Shown: positions 1 through 8,929 of the stretch, one piece after another
How positions within the stretch are numbered: position 1 is the first letter of the stretch
Layout of the letters: every line of letters begins with the position of its first letter
Virus record (IMG/VR): IMGVR_UViG_3300012914_000006
Coordinates: 1-28,641 of that record
DNA: 28,641 bases
Reading direction: 5' to 3' (one strand)
DNA from: a virus
Taxonomy: Duplodnaviria > Caudoviricetes
The notes under the pieces: model-generated
Seen by the model: only the letters and a program-made list of their open reading frames with translations
Databases searched by the model: none
What the model was told of the DNA's origin: nothing
Made by a program: the position numbers and the translations under genes

Positions 1-521
1 GCCCACCGGGGAAGGGTGACCTTGCGGCCCAGAAGGTGCAGGTTGTTCTTGGCCACGATGGTCACCGTGCCCTGCACCCGGTCCACGGTGTAGGAGTCGA
101 TCCAGCCAGTGAACCTCCGGGTCTCAATCCGACCGGCCTCCGTCTCCGTCTGGTTGACGAGGCGCACGGCGGCACCCTCCAACGTCAGTCCGTGGTAGGG
201 ACTGTTCCGGTTCCACGGGCTGAACAGTCGCCAGAGCGGTTCCTCACCCTGAACCGACAGATCGTAGTAGGTCCCGGAGAAGGTGGCCGTTAGCACGGTG
301 CTGCTGTACGTCGGCCGCCCGGTCACCTCGTCCGGCAACCCGCCACTCACGTCGTCCTGGCACGTGACGTTGATCAACTCATCGGACGTGATCTTGGTAC
401 CGGGGTTCAGGCCACCCCAGCTATCGACCTTTAGCCAGTCGATCAGGAGGACGGGGCGAATGAACCGCTCTTGCCCGGCGGCCAGGGACGAGTCAAGGTT
501 GGTGTCCGTGAACTGGAGCAT
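1..521 (-). CDS. Minor tail protein (Tal/baseplate hub-like), truncated at window edge
   Basis: Not in the ORF track. Read manually from ATG at 521 (GGAAGGGG upstream): MLQFTDTNLDSSLAAGQERFIRPVLLIDW...RRFTGWIDSYTVDRVQGTVTIVAKN, open to base 1. Lies directly after the Dit-like gene; the FTGWID-type strand fits tail hub proteins. Confidence 0.7.
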   Translation of the reverse strand, partial: MLQFTDTNLDSSLAAGQERFIRPVLLIDWLKVDSWGGLNPGTKITSDELINVTCQDDVSGGLPDEVTGRPTYSSTVLTATFSGTYYDLSVQGEEPLWRLFSPWNRNSPYHGLTLEGAAVRLVNQTETEAGRIETRRFTGWIDSYTVDRVQGTVTIVAKNNLHLLGRKVTLPRW

Positions 522-539
522 GGGTTGCGCCCCTTCCGG

Positions 540-1469
540 TCAGAGTTCGATCATGGTCATAGTTGCCGTGCGTGCGGGCCAAAGTGTGTCGGTGTACGAG
601 AGGTCAGTAACGTTGATCACCGGGACACCCTTACCCAGAGTCCAGGCGGTCCGGGTGTTGCCCTCTTCAAGTTGCATGGCAGCGATGTTCAACGTTGCGC
701 CGTCGGCCACGCTGATCGTCGGAACGACCTGCGGCCACCCGGTCGGCACGACGATCTGGGTACTGGCCCAGGCCCACGTGGTGCTGGTGAGCTGGACGTT
801 GGTGGTCGCAGGCTGACTGGTGTTGTCGCCGTCGGCCCTCCGCCACCCGAACGTCAGAAGGTTCTCGGCCGGGTTCGTCCCGGTCACCATGCGCCGATAC
901 AGCACGGACAGGGTGTACGTGCGCCCCTCGATCAGAGGAACGCGGGACCAGGCCGTCCCGATGGACGGGTTGGGGTCGCCCTCCGGGTAGACGTACTCGT
1001 ACCCGCCCCCGCCGACGTTGATCAGTTCGGTGTACCACGGTAGGCGGGGCGACAGGGGGTACAGGGCGTCCTGGTCCGGCCGCAAGACGGGCTGTGTGGC
1101 GACATCCACGAGGCCTGACAATGGGAAGTACGGTTCGACGATTTCCCTCGACCGGTGGACGGACTGAGCGGACGAGGCGCACGCGGAGAGCATGTTCTTC
1201 CGGTGCGGGAGGATCAGGCGAATGGGCAGCTTCCGACGACGGAGGACCGTGTACAACTGGTCCAACAGGGAAGCATCGGTGTCAGATATATCCTCGGCCG
1301 ACCAAGAGAACTCGAACCGTGCGCCTTGGTTGTCCAGAGTGACGGCACCGGAGATGCCCCTTTTCATCGCACCGAACTTGACCAGGTGCTCCGTGAATCC
1401 GCCGTTCTCCGGAATTTGCAGGGCGAACATTTGACCCGCTGCCCCGATCATGATCTCATCTTGTGCCAT
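540..1469 (-). CDS. Distal tail (Dit-like) minor tail protein with probable inserted carbohydrate-binding beta-sandwich
   Basis: 309 aa, first gene after the tape measure, GGAG RBS. Segment GRTYTLSV...W...IAAMQLEEG..TAW resembles CBM4/9-like modules in phage tail proteins. Confidence 0.7.
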   Translation of the reverse strand: MAQDEIMIGAAGQMFALQIPENGGFTEHLVKFGAMKRGISGAVTLDNQGARFEFSWSAEDISDTDASLLDQLYTVLRRRKLPIRLILPHRKNMLSACASSAQSVHRSREIVEPYFPLSGLVDVATQPVLRPDQDALYPLSPRLPWYTELINVGGGGYEYVYPEGDPNPSIGTAWSRVPLIEGRTYTLSVLYRRMVTGTNPAENLLTFGWRRADGDNTSQPATTNVQLTSTTWAWASTQIVVPTGWPQVVPTISVADGATLNIAAMQLEEGNTRTAWTLGKGVPVINVTDLSYTDTLWPARTATMTMIEL

Positions 1470-1486
1470 ATGAACTCCAATCAGGG

Positions 1487-1516
1487 GCCCGGCCGCCCGT
1501 GAATGGGCGGCCGGGC
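1487..1516 (-). terminator. GC-rich 12-bp hairpin after the tape measure stop (terminator or processing site)
   Basis: GCCCGGCCGCCC (1487-1498) / GGGCGGCCGGGC (1505-1516); no U-tract. Confidence 0.5.
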
Positions 1517-1523
1517 TAGCGGG

Positions 1524-4298
1524 TTATCGGCGGTCGTACCGCAGGCCACCTTGGGCGGCAACCTTGAACACGCCGTTCTGGTCGATCGTGAACGTGGCCT
1601 CCGCCAGTCCTTCACGGACCGCATCGGCAACCCCGTCACGGGCGGCCCCGGCGTCCACCTTCAGAGCGTGGTTCACCGATCCGTCAACCATCGTGCCCAT
1701 GTCCGAATCGAAACTGGACAGAGGGGCCTGGGCAGCGACCATCATGTCCTCAACTTCACGCTGAGCCATGTAGGCATTCTGCCGGATTCCCTTGGCGAAG
1801 TCCTCGGCCAACGCGCGACCAGACCAGACGGTGTACCCCTTTCCGGAGAACGCGCCTTCCTTGGCTGGGCTGAACGGGAACAGGCCGCGAAGGGTGTCCA
1901 TCAGACCACCAACGATGGCCTTTGCCTCTGCGAACTTCCGCTTGATACCGTCGATGAATCCGCCGATCAACGCCTTTCCAGCCTCGATCAACAGGTTACC
2001 GAGGCCACTGAACACGTTGCCCGGGAGGTCGTCCAACCACTTACGGATCTTGCCGGACCATTCGCCCGTGCCATCTCCGAACAGGGAAGTGACAGCCTTG
2101 ATCGCCAATTCAATCGGGACCTTGACGACGTTAATCAGGGTGTCGAGCACTCCGCCGATTCCCTTCACAACGCCGGCCACCATTTCACCCGCGCCACGGA
2201 AGGCCCGATCCCAGTCCCCCGTCAGGAGGCCCACGACCACGTCCACCGTACCCTTGACCCACAGTGCGATTCCCTCGAAGATCGGCTTGATACCGTCAAT
2301 GAAATCGACCACGGCGTCCTTCACATCCCCGAACACCGGGATCAACCGGTCCACGAGAATGCTGATGAACGGGGTGACGTCGCGCACGAGGCCGACCCAC
2401 ATTTCCGTCAGGTCCAGGAGCATCGGAATCAACTCGGGAAGGATCTCCATCAGCCGGGGCAGCGCCTCCGCGACCAACTTGGCCAGTTCGGGCAGCAACG
2501 GAATGATGGCGTCCAGGACATCCACGAACGCCTGAACGAGATCGGGCAGTAGTGGCACGATTGCTTCGAGCGCCGTGAGCATTCCCTCACCGAGCACCCG
2601 GGCCACTTCGATCAACGTCGGGATGGCGTCCGAGATTGCCCCGGCGAATAGCTCTCCCATCTTCGTCAACGCTTCGAGGAACTTCGGAAGGATGGGCATC
2701 AGTGCTTCGAGCGCACCGAGCACCACGCCGCCGATTGCCTCGGCCAGTTCCAGGAGGATCGGGGCCAATGCCTCAATCCCACCAGACAGGATCTTGCCGA
2801 ACACCTGGACCAACGCGATGAACGGCGGAACCAGTTCCTCAATCACGGGGGCCAGTGCAATGATCACGTCGGCCAGGACGTTGCCGAACTGGTAGGCAAT
2901 CGTCCCGATCAACGGAGCGAGTGCGGCCAGTGCACGGCCCAACGGTTCAATGGCCGGCTTCAACGCGTTGAACGCCAACCCGATCGCCGGGCCCAACTTC
3001 AACAGGGCCGGTCCGATGAACTCGGCAACCACCCGGGCAATCTCACTGATCAGCGGAAGGAGACCCTTCATCACACTGCCGATCGCCGTGAAGATGTCTT
3101 CGAGCAACTTCGACCCTTGGGCCGAGTTGAAGAAGTCATCCATTGCCCCGGTGATATTGTCCAGAATCACCAGGAGGCCGCCACCAGTATTCGCCCCCGC
3201 TTGGAACACGGACTCGATGATCCCGGCCACATTCCCGATAATCCGGAAGAGGGCCTGGAACTGGTCGATAGCCTGGTTGATCAGGTCCCGCAGTTCGCCG
3301 GTCTCCCGAACTCGAGAGGCCCAGTCCGCGAATCGCTGGGCAGCCTCTTCGAATCCACCCGTGAGACCAGGCAGCATGGACGAGGCGACGGTGCCGATAT
3401 CCCGGAAGCCTTCGAGAATAGGGACGATGCCCTTGCGAATGTTCGCCAGTGCGCCTTCCGTCCCCTGGAAACTGATCTTCAGATCCTCGAACGTCCGGTC
3501 CGACTTTGCGAACGCAATCACATCGGAGGCCATCCCGTTGAAGACCTTCGCGATTCCTTCCAACGGGGCGCGAAGCTTCGGCAACAGGGTGGACCCGAGG
3601 TCGCGCACCTGATCCGACAGCCCGGCGAACAGGGCTTCCTGGACGCCAAGCTGAAGTTCCTCGAACGCCGGGCGGAGGTCACGGAGGGCCCGTGCCGTTT
3701 CCCGGGCGGCCGGGGCCAACTTGGCAATAGCCTCTTCGAACTTCTCGGGGTCGTCCATCTGGCTCAGGGCGTCCGAGAACCCCTTGAGCCCCAGCTTCAG
3801 GACACCGATCGCCGTCGCGCCAGCCAGCAGCACACCGGGCAACAGGGCCATGATCGGGATCATCTGGGAGATGGACGTCACGAGGGCCGCGCCACCGGTC
3901 GTTGCGGCGAACAGGGCCGTCGACATCGCGCCCAACTTGAGCGTGGTCGCCCCGATCGAGCTGCCCAACTTGAGGGCCGAGACACCAAGACGGACGAGAG
4001 ATCCGCCACCCTTGTCCGAGGACTCGGTGACCTTCCGCGTTTCCGTGTTCATCTTGGCCAACGCGCGTTCGGCCGCCTTGGTGTCCAGGTCCAACTTGGA
4101 CGTGATATCGAAGTTCCGGGACTTCACGTAATCCTGGAACGCGGCAATCTGTACCTTGGCCTTCTCGGTATTGATACTACCGATCTCGATATCAATGGCA
4201 ATCTTGGTATCGATCTTCCGGATTTCCTTTTCGAGGGTCGCCCGGAAGCCACGCATTTCCGGCAGAATGCGCACGCCAATGCTGTCGACGATTTCGAT
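1524..4298 (-). CDS. Tape measure protein (first canonical start GTG 4274; frame open to 4304; possible ATC start at 4298)
   Basis: ~920 aa Ala/Leu/Ile/Gly-rich protein with amphipathic Pro-periodic repeats and the C-terminal PFSPAKEGAFSGKGY motif of actinophage TMPs; follows the tail chaperones. Confidence 0.95.
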   Translation of the reverse strand: MEIVDSIGVRILPEMRGFRATLEKEIRKIDTKIAIDIEIGSINTEKAKVQIAAFQDYVKSRNFDITSKLDLDTKAAERALAKMNTETRKVTESSDKGGGSLVRLGVSALKLGSSIGATTLKLGAMSTALFAATTGGAALVTSISQMIPIMALLPGVLLAGATAIGVLKLGLKGFSDALSQMDDPEKFEEAIAKLAPAARETARALRDLRPAFEELQLGVQEALFAGLSDQVRDLGSTLLPKLRAPLEGIAKVFNGMASDVIAFAKSDRTFEDLKISFQGTEGALANIRKGIVPILEGFRDIGTVASSMLPGLTGGFEEAAQRFADWASRVRETGELRDLINQAIDQFQALFRIIGNVAGIIESVFQAGANTGGGLLVILDNITGAMDDFFNSAQGSKLLEDIFTAIGSVMKGLLPLISEIARVVAEFIGPALLKLGPAIGLAFNALKPAIEPLGRALAALAPLIGTIAYQFGNVLADVIIALAPVIEELVPPFIALVQVFGKILSGGIEALAPILLELAEAIGGVVLGALEALMPILPKFLEALTKMGELFAGAISDAIPTLIEVARVLGEGMLTALEAIVPLLPDLVQAFVDVLDAIIPLLPELAKLVAEALPRLMEILPELIPMLLDLTEMWVGLVRDVTPFISILVDRLIPVFGDVKDAVVDFIDGIKPIFEGIALWVKGTVDVVVGLLTGDWDRAFRGAGEMVAGVVKGIGGVLDTLINVVKVPIELAIKAVTSLFGDGTGEWSGKIRKWLDDLPGNVFSGLGNLLIEAGKALIGGFIDGIKRKFAEAKAIVGGLMDTLRGLFPFSPAKEGAFSGKGYTVWSGRALAEDFAKGIRQNAYMAQREVEDMMVAAQAPLSSFDSDMGTMVDGSVNHALKVDAGAARDGVADAVREGLAEATFTIDQNGVFKVAAQGGLRYDRR

Positions 4299-4319
4299 GA
4301 CCGATCACCTACTTCTTTG

Positions 4320-5080
4320 CTAGTCGATCTTGATCTGTGGGACCTTACCGGTGGCACTGATTGAACGGACGATCGGAAGGAAGGATCCCTTGGGGGCCTT
4401 CTTCTTGATGTTCCGACCCGGCCAATCGATCGGGCGGGGAGCCGTGAGCTTGGCGTTTTTACCGGAATTCGCCTTGATGAAATTGAACCCGTTCAACTGG
4501 ACCTGTTCGAACAACATGGTCCGGATGATTCGATCCCAGGTCCAACCCAGGTATTCCCGGCCGCCCTTCAACGAGGCGTGCAGAGGGCTGTCGTCCGGCA
4601 ACCAGAGGATCAGGTCCACCAGCTCTGACGGGGTGTGCGACTCATACAGACAGGTCAACAGATCGAGTCCGTAGATTTGCCGCAGACTGGCCGCCAGAGC
4701 CGGACCGTGATCATTCCGGAGCCGGACGATCAGTTTCCCTCGGGGGCCTCGGTAGCCGCCTGGTACTCCTTGAAGAACTCGGTGACGATCGCCAGGTCGG
4801 CCGGGCGGATCCACGAACGGAGAGCCTGGGGCTTGTCCGCCAGGATTGCCAACATGTCGACCAGGAGCTTCTTCAGCTCGGACGGCCGGGTCGGCGTCTC
4901 CTTGTTCTCCTGGTACTCCTTGAGCGTGGTCTGTGCGTTCTCCAGGCGGTCGGTCTCGGCGTCCGACAGACGGAGGGCCGGGCGGAGGGTGAACAACGTC
5001 GTGCCGTCCTCGTCCTCGACGACCAGACCCTTGTGCGCCTCGTTGGCCTTGGCCTGGAAATGCGAAAGCGTGTAACCCAT
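4320..5080 (-). CDS. Tail assembly chaperone, -1 frameshifted long form (gpGT-like)
   Basis: A -1 frame after GGGAAAC continues KLIVRLRNDHGPALAASLRQIYGLDL...LPDDSPL...GW, typical of actinophage chaperone C-terminal parts; stop at 4320. Confidence 0.85.
4730..5080 (-). CDS. Tail assembly chaperone, short form (gpG-like)
   Basis: ATG 5080 with AAAGGAG RBS (5091-5097); 116 aa ending PEGN-stop; lies between major tail and TMP. Confidence 0.88.
   Translation of the reverse strand: MGYTLSHFQAKANEAHKGLVVEDEDGTTLFTLRPALRLSDAETDRLENAQTTLKEYQENKETPTRPSELKKLLVDMLAILADKPQALRSWIRPADLAIVTEFFKEYQAATEAPEGN
4733..4739 (-). other. Programmed -1 ribosomal frameshift slippery heptamer GGGAAAC
   Basis: G GGA AAC TGA at the end of the chaperone ORF (XXXYYYZ pattern), with an open -1 frame. 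Confidence 0.88.
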
Positions 5081-5122
5081 GTGAATGCAACTCCTTTGCA
5101 ATTGGCCTGACTGCCTGATGGA

Positions 5123-5160
5123 AGACGGCCCGTCCACTCAGGCAAATGGACGGGCCGTCT
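5123..5160 (-). terminator. 14-bp hairpin downstream of the major tail/small Cys-rich gene
   Basis: AGACGGCCCGTCCA / TGGACGGGCCGTCT, 10-nt loop. Confidence 0.55.
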
Positions 5161-5163
5161 GGT

Positions 5164-5397
5164 CTAGAAGGTGCAGTGGCACACAGGCGGCCGACAGTCG
5201 CTCTCGTGACACTTGGACATCAGTTCGACGGGACTCAGGAGGTGGCCCTCACAGCCGAAGACCATCGTGTCGGCCTCAGTGATGTGCGCCGGGAGGTCCC
5301 CGGAATCCTTGAACGCCTGGACCTCTTCCGGAGTGCACCAGCGGGTCCACGCCCTGTACGAGGGCTCCGAACAGTCAGGAGCCGAACACTGGCTCAC
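5164..5397 (-). CDS. Small Cys/His-rich hypothetical protein (77 aa)
   Basis: GTG overlaps the major tail stop (GTGA); MSQCSAPDC...GCEGH...KCHESDCRPPVCHCTF; fills the gap to the hairpin. Confidence 0.65.
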   Translation of the reverse strand: MSQCSAPDCSEPSYRAWTRWCTPEEVQAFKDSGDLPAHITEADTMVFGCEGHLLSPVELMSKCHESDCRPPVCHCTF

Positions 5398-5978
5398 GGG
5401 ATGTCCAGGAGGGTTTCGCTGAGCCACTTGAACTTCGGCACCGACAGCGGGGTGGCCGAGTCCAGGATGGTCGCGCGGAGGGGGAGCAGGAGCGCGTTCT
5501 CCACGTCCTCGGTCGACAGGGCGTCGGCCCCGATGATGTCGGCACGAGGGGCGTAGAAACCGACCCAGTTCCCGCCGTCGTTGAACGTGAACAGGATGGC
5601 CCGGCGGGTCGGCACACCGTCGTCGGCGGCCATCACGTCGAACACACCGTCCGCCACGCCGCCCGTGCCGCCGTAGTACAGGGCCAGGCAGTTCCGGGTG
5701 AACTGGGACAGAGAGAAGGGGATCGTCCGGCCGACCTTGCTGACGGACGTACGGATGGCCTTCTTGGACATCGAGCCCTTGACGGTGACCTCTCCGCCCT
5801 CGAACTCGAAGTTCGGCATTCCGGTGCCGTCGTCCAGACCGAGGTGACCTTCGAGGGTCCAGGCGACGGCCGGGGCAGCCAGGGCCGTGTTGGTAGCAGC
5901 AGGGGCCACCGTGTCCTGGGCAGCCGTGTAAAAGAACGCGGTACCCGGGATCGTGTAGCCCGCATCGACTAGTGCCAT
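5394..5978 (-). CDS. Major tail (tube) protein
   Basis: 194 aa, GAAGGAAG RBS, W...GH..DDG and LSQFT..L.LYYG features of actinophage tail tubes; position after tail terminator. Confidence 0.9.
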   Translation of the reverse strand: MALVDAGYTIPGTAFFYTAAQDTVAPAATNTALAAPAVAWTLEGHLGLDDGTGMPNFEFEGGEVTVKGSMSKKAIRTSVSKVGRTIPFSLSQFTRNCLALYYGGTGGVADGVFDVMAADDGVPTRRAILFTFNDGGNWVGFYAPRADIIGADALSTEDVENALLLPLRATILDSATPLSVPKFKWLSETLLDIP

Positions 5979-6004
5979 GTTTCACTTCCTTCGTGATTAC
6001 GGGA

Positions 6005-6430
6005 TTACCGGGACCGGTATCCGATTGTGTAGGTGGCCGAACATCTCTTGACTTCGGCCGGCATTCCGGAGATGGCCTGGACGTAGGGGCGAACCTCGGT
6101 CCGGGGCCGTCGCGCGTGACCGTCCGCGTAGACCGTCTGGTTGAAGGCGGCCATGTAGATTGCCCTCTGGATGGTCTGAGCGAACACGAGGGGCGAAATG
6201 GGATTCGTTCGATGGGTGAACGAAATCACCTCGAACCGCACGTTGGTCTGAAGGAGGAACGACGGGGTCGAACCGCCCTGATCCTGAACCAAGACGAACT
6301 CGGTATTCGAGTCGACCTTGGTAAATTCACTGTGCCTCTGTGGATCGGAGGTCACGATGGCCGACGGAATGGCGGCCTGGATCAACGCGACGACGTACGC
6401 CAGAGGGTCGCCGAAAGTGGGAATCGCCAT
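6005..6430 (-). CDS. Tail terminator / tail completion protein
   Basis: 141 aa, FVLV.D.GG motif and C-terminal R..ATY; directly upstream of the major tail gene. Confidence 0.8.
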   Translation of the reverse strand: MAIPTFGDPLAYVVALIQAAIPSAIVTSDPQRHSEFTKVDSNTEFVLVQDQGGSTPSFLLQTNVRFEVISFTHRTNPISPLVFAQTIQRAIYMAAFNQTVYADGHARRPRTEVRPYVQAISGMPAEVKRCSATYTIGYRSR

Positions 6431-6747
6431 CAGTCCCCCTCACTCTTGTTCGACGTGGGCAGGATGTTCAGACCCTTGACCCACTTGCCCCAGGCGTAAT
6501 GGCCAAACTGAATGGACATCGGGGCACCGTCCTTTGTTCGGCTGAACAGGGTGATGATCCGGGTATGCCGGTCGTGGATGACCTCGACCCCGTGATCTCC
6601 CGACTTTCGGTGAGCGGCCAACCGGGCACGAGACTCGCCCTCCAACTGCCGTGTGACCTGGGTCACCTTACGTTGGACGCCGGAGAGATTCAGGATCGTC
6701 CGGTTGAACTTCTTCACACCACCCAGACGAGGGATCAACGGGGGCAT
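6430..6747 (-). CDS. Neck protein, HK97 gp10-like
   Basis: 105 aa basic protein with A.SIQFGH...GL.IL motif; synteny. Confidence 0.75.
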   Translation of the reverse strand: MPPLIPRLGGVKKFNRTILNLSGVQRKVTQVTRQLEGESRARLAAHRKSGDHGVEVIHDRHTRIITLFSRTKDGAPMSIQFGHYAWGKWVKGLNILPTSNKSEGD

Positions 6748-6750
6748 GGG

Positions 6751-7215
6751 TCACGTCCAATGATCGTCGTTGAAACCGTCTTCGCACGAATCGACGTTGG
6801 TCCACCCGGCGTTCAGGCCCAGGACGTTCGGGTCCAACAGGAGGAAGTCCTCGAACGGGCTGGGGTACGGATTGACGACCCCGAACTCATGGAGACCGAG
6901 TCGACGCCACTCTTCAGTCCGGACTGAAATGAACCCGGGCCGCCCGTCCGCCATTTCCACGATCGTCCCGGGGGCCGGGCTGACGGTGTCGATGCGGTTG
7001 TGCAGACCGAGGGCACGGAACACGATGTCGCATTCGATGCCGATGACGTTCTGCTTGAACACGAGGTCCAGACCCGCCTGAACCAGAAGGTCAGAGATCC
7101 GGACCATGATGGCCGCTTCGGCGTCTTCCAACCGGGCGACGATCGCCGTTGCCTCGTCAGGAAGTGGAGTTCGACCGAGGCGTGCGGTTGCGTCGGCCAG
7201 CGTTGCGAGAGCCAC
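6751..7215 (-). CDS. Head-to-tail adaptor
   Basis: GTG 7215 after GGAAGGGGAG; ALAT.AD..ARLGR......ARLEDAEA.I is typical of actinophage adaptors. Confidence 0.8.
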   Translation of the reverse strand: MALATLADATARLGRTPLPDEATAIVARLEDAEAAIMVRISDLLVQAGLDLVFKQNVIGIECDIVFRALGLHNRIDTVSPAPGTIVEMADGRPGFISVRTEEWRRLGLHEFGVVNPYPSPFEDFLLLDPNVLGLNAGWTNVDSCEDGFNDDHWT

Positions 7216-7342
7216 CGGTCTCCCCTTCCTCGTCCACCAGTTCCCAGGTGCCACGTGCGATCATGACTCCGGCCGACTTCTCGTCGACATCGATCACGTT
7301 TTCCGGGCATTCGAGCGCCCGAATCTTGATTGTCACTGACAT
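7157..7342 (-). CDS. Small hypothetical protein downstream of capsid (61 aa)
   Basis: ATG 7342 with AAAGGAG RBS; MSVTIKIRALECPENVIDVDEKSAGVMIARGTWELV, then a low-complexity tail. Confidence 0.65.
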   Translation of the reverse strand: MSVTIKIRALECPENVIDVDEKSAGVMIARGTWELVDEEGETGGSRNAGRRNRTPRSNSTS

Positions 7343-7382
7343 GTTCTTCCATGCTCCTTTTCCGAAGGGACAGGGGATCAAC

Positions 7383-7415
7383 GCCCCGGCCATCCGATGA
7401 ATGGATGGCCGGGGC
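7383..7415 (-). terminator. 13-bp hairpin right after the major capsid stop
   Basis: GCCCCGGCCATCC / GGATGGCCGGGGC. Confidence 0.6.
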
Positions 7416-7421
7416 ATCAGA

Positions 7422-8360
7422 TCAGGTGGTGCTGGTGCCCAGGGTGAACTTGACGAACGACGCCGGGGACAGGAGCTTGAAGCCAACCAGGGCCTCAACG
7501 CGGAACAGGGTCAGGTTGTGCTGGAACGCGGAGATCGTGTTCCCGCCCTGGACGAACGACGCCTCAGTGGACGTGGCGTAGGACAGGTCGCCCAACATGC
7601 CCCAGACGGCCCGGCTCCAGTCACCCGCGTAACCGACCACATCGGCCGCCACCAGGGCACCGGACTTGGGGTTGACGCGCTTGCTGAAGTCGGCCTGGTG
7701 ACCGAGCACGCGGCCCGGACGGTTACCCGTGTAGCCACCGCCGACCGGAACATCCACGTACAGCGGACGGTTGTTGCCGTCGACGTCCGTGTTGAAGATG
7801 ACCTCGACACGGTTGTCCCACAACGAGGCACCCCATTCCCGGTCGTCGTCCGCCAGGAGCTTCAGGCCGTTGTTGAGGCCGGTCCACGTACCGAGGTTCG
7901 TACCGGTGCGCGTGGTGTCGGCGGCCGGACGCTGGAGGGGCGTGGTCTTGGTGACCCCGGCCATCGAGTCCGCGACCGTGGTACCGAGGCCGATCACACC
8001 GCCGAACGCCAGGCTGTCGAAGTCCCGGTTAAAGGAGGCGTACGCACCCTTCTTGATGATCGCGATCACACCGTACGGGTTCGCCTTGGCCACCCGGTTG
8101 GAGATGGGGACGATCGTCGCCCACTCGTACAGGGGCATGGAGGCGTTCGTGAGAGCCTGCTCGTTGACCGACTTCTCACCACCCTCGGTGCCGACCCATC
8201 CACCGGCGACGTCGGTCGTGAAGATGTTCACGTACGCCCCGCCGTTGGACACCTCGACCTTCTCGGCGAACTGCTGGATGATGGAGACCTGCTTGCTGTC
8301 GTTCATCACCTTGAGAGACTGAACGGGGTCGAACTTGAACGACCCAGTGAGGAGAGCCAT
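7422..8360 (-). CDS. Major capsid protein (HK97 fold)
   Basis: 312 aa, GAAAGGGG RBS; WV..EG.EK, DG..RPLY, GDWS and S.FQHNL..FRVEA..GF motifs. Confidence 0.95.
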   Translation of the reverse strand: MALLTGSFKFDPVQSLKVMNDSKQVSIIQQFAEKVEVSNGGAYVNIFTTDVAGGWVGTEGGEKSVNEQALTNASMPLYEWATIVPISNRVAKANPYGVIAIIKKGAYASFNRDFDSLAFGGVIGLGTTVADSMAGVTKTTPLQRPAADTTRTGTNLGTWTGLNNGLKLLADDDREWGASLWDNRVEVIFNTDVDGNNRPLYVDVPVGGGYTGNRPGRVLGHQADFSKRVNPKSGALVAADVVGYAGDWSRAVWGMLGDLSYATSTEASFVQGGNTISAFQHNLTLFRVEALVGFKLLSPASFVKFTLGTSTT

Positions 8361-8434
8361 GTTGGCCCCTTTCTACGTGCGCCCGTGAGCGCGGTGAATT
8401 GATCGTGGGTAAAGCGAGCGAAAGCGAACTCGGG

Positions 8435-8929
8435 TCAGACGGTCGGGTCGGCCGGAGCCACGCCCAACTGCTCGCACAGGGCATCCCCGAACGCCCGGTC
8501 CTCGGCCGACATGCCGGACTGAGCGCCAGCCGCCGGGTCCGGGAGACCAAGCGAACTGTCCGCCGGGGGCCGGGTGGCCTGGGTCGGCGGGATGAACTTG
8601 GCCAGGGCCTCAGCGTCCGCGAGGAAACTGGCCTCGTCGGTGCCCTTCAGCCGGGCCGCCAGGTCTGCGGGAAGCTTGTGCTTCAGGGCCGCATCGGCAC
8701 GCCACTTGTCTTCCGTGGAACCGGTGACCTTCTGGGTCAGCTCCTGGACGGAAGACTTCAGGCCGTCGCGCTCCTGGGTCAACGTGGTCACGGTCGCCTC
8801 TGCGACGGTCACCTTGGCCTCGGCCTCCGTAGCCTTGACACGGTGCTGGGCCGCCTCACCCCTCAACTGAAGGATGTACGCGTGGGCCTCCGGGTCACTG
8901 ACTGCGAGGGCATTCATGTCAACTGCCAT
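8435..8929 (-). CDS. Capsid scaffolding protein
   Basis: 164 aa coiled-coil with LR.EAA..R and LP..LA.RL.G.DE....DAEAL motifs; upstream of capsid. Confidence 0.85.
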   Translation of the reverse strand: MAVDMNALAVSDPEAHAYILQLRGEAAQHRVKATEAEAKVTVAEATVTTLTQERDGLKSSVQELTQKVTGSTEDKWRADAALKHKLPADLAARLKGTDEASFLADAEALAKFIPPTQATRPPADSSLGLPDPAAGAQSGMSAEDRAFGDALCEQLGVAPADPTV

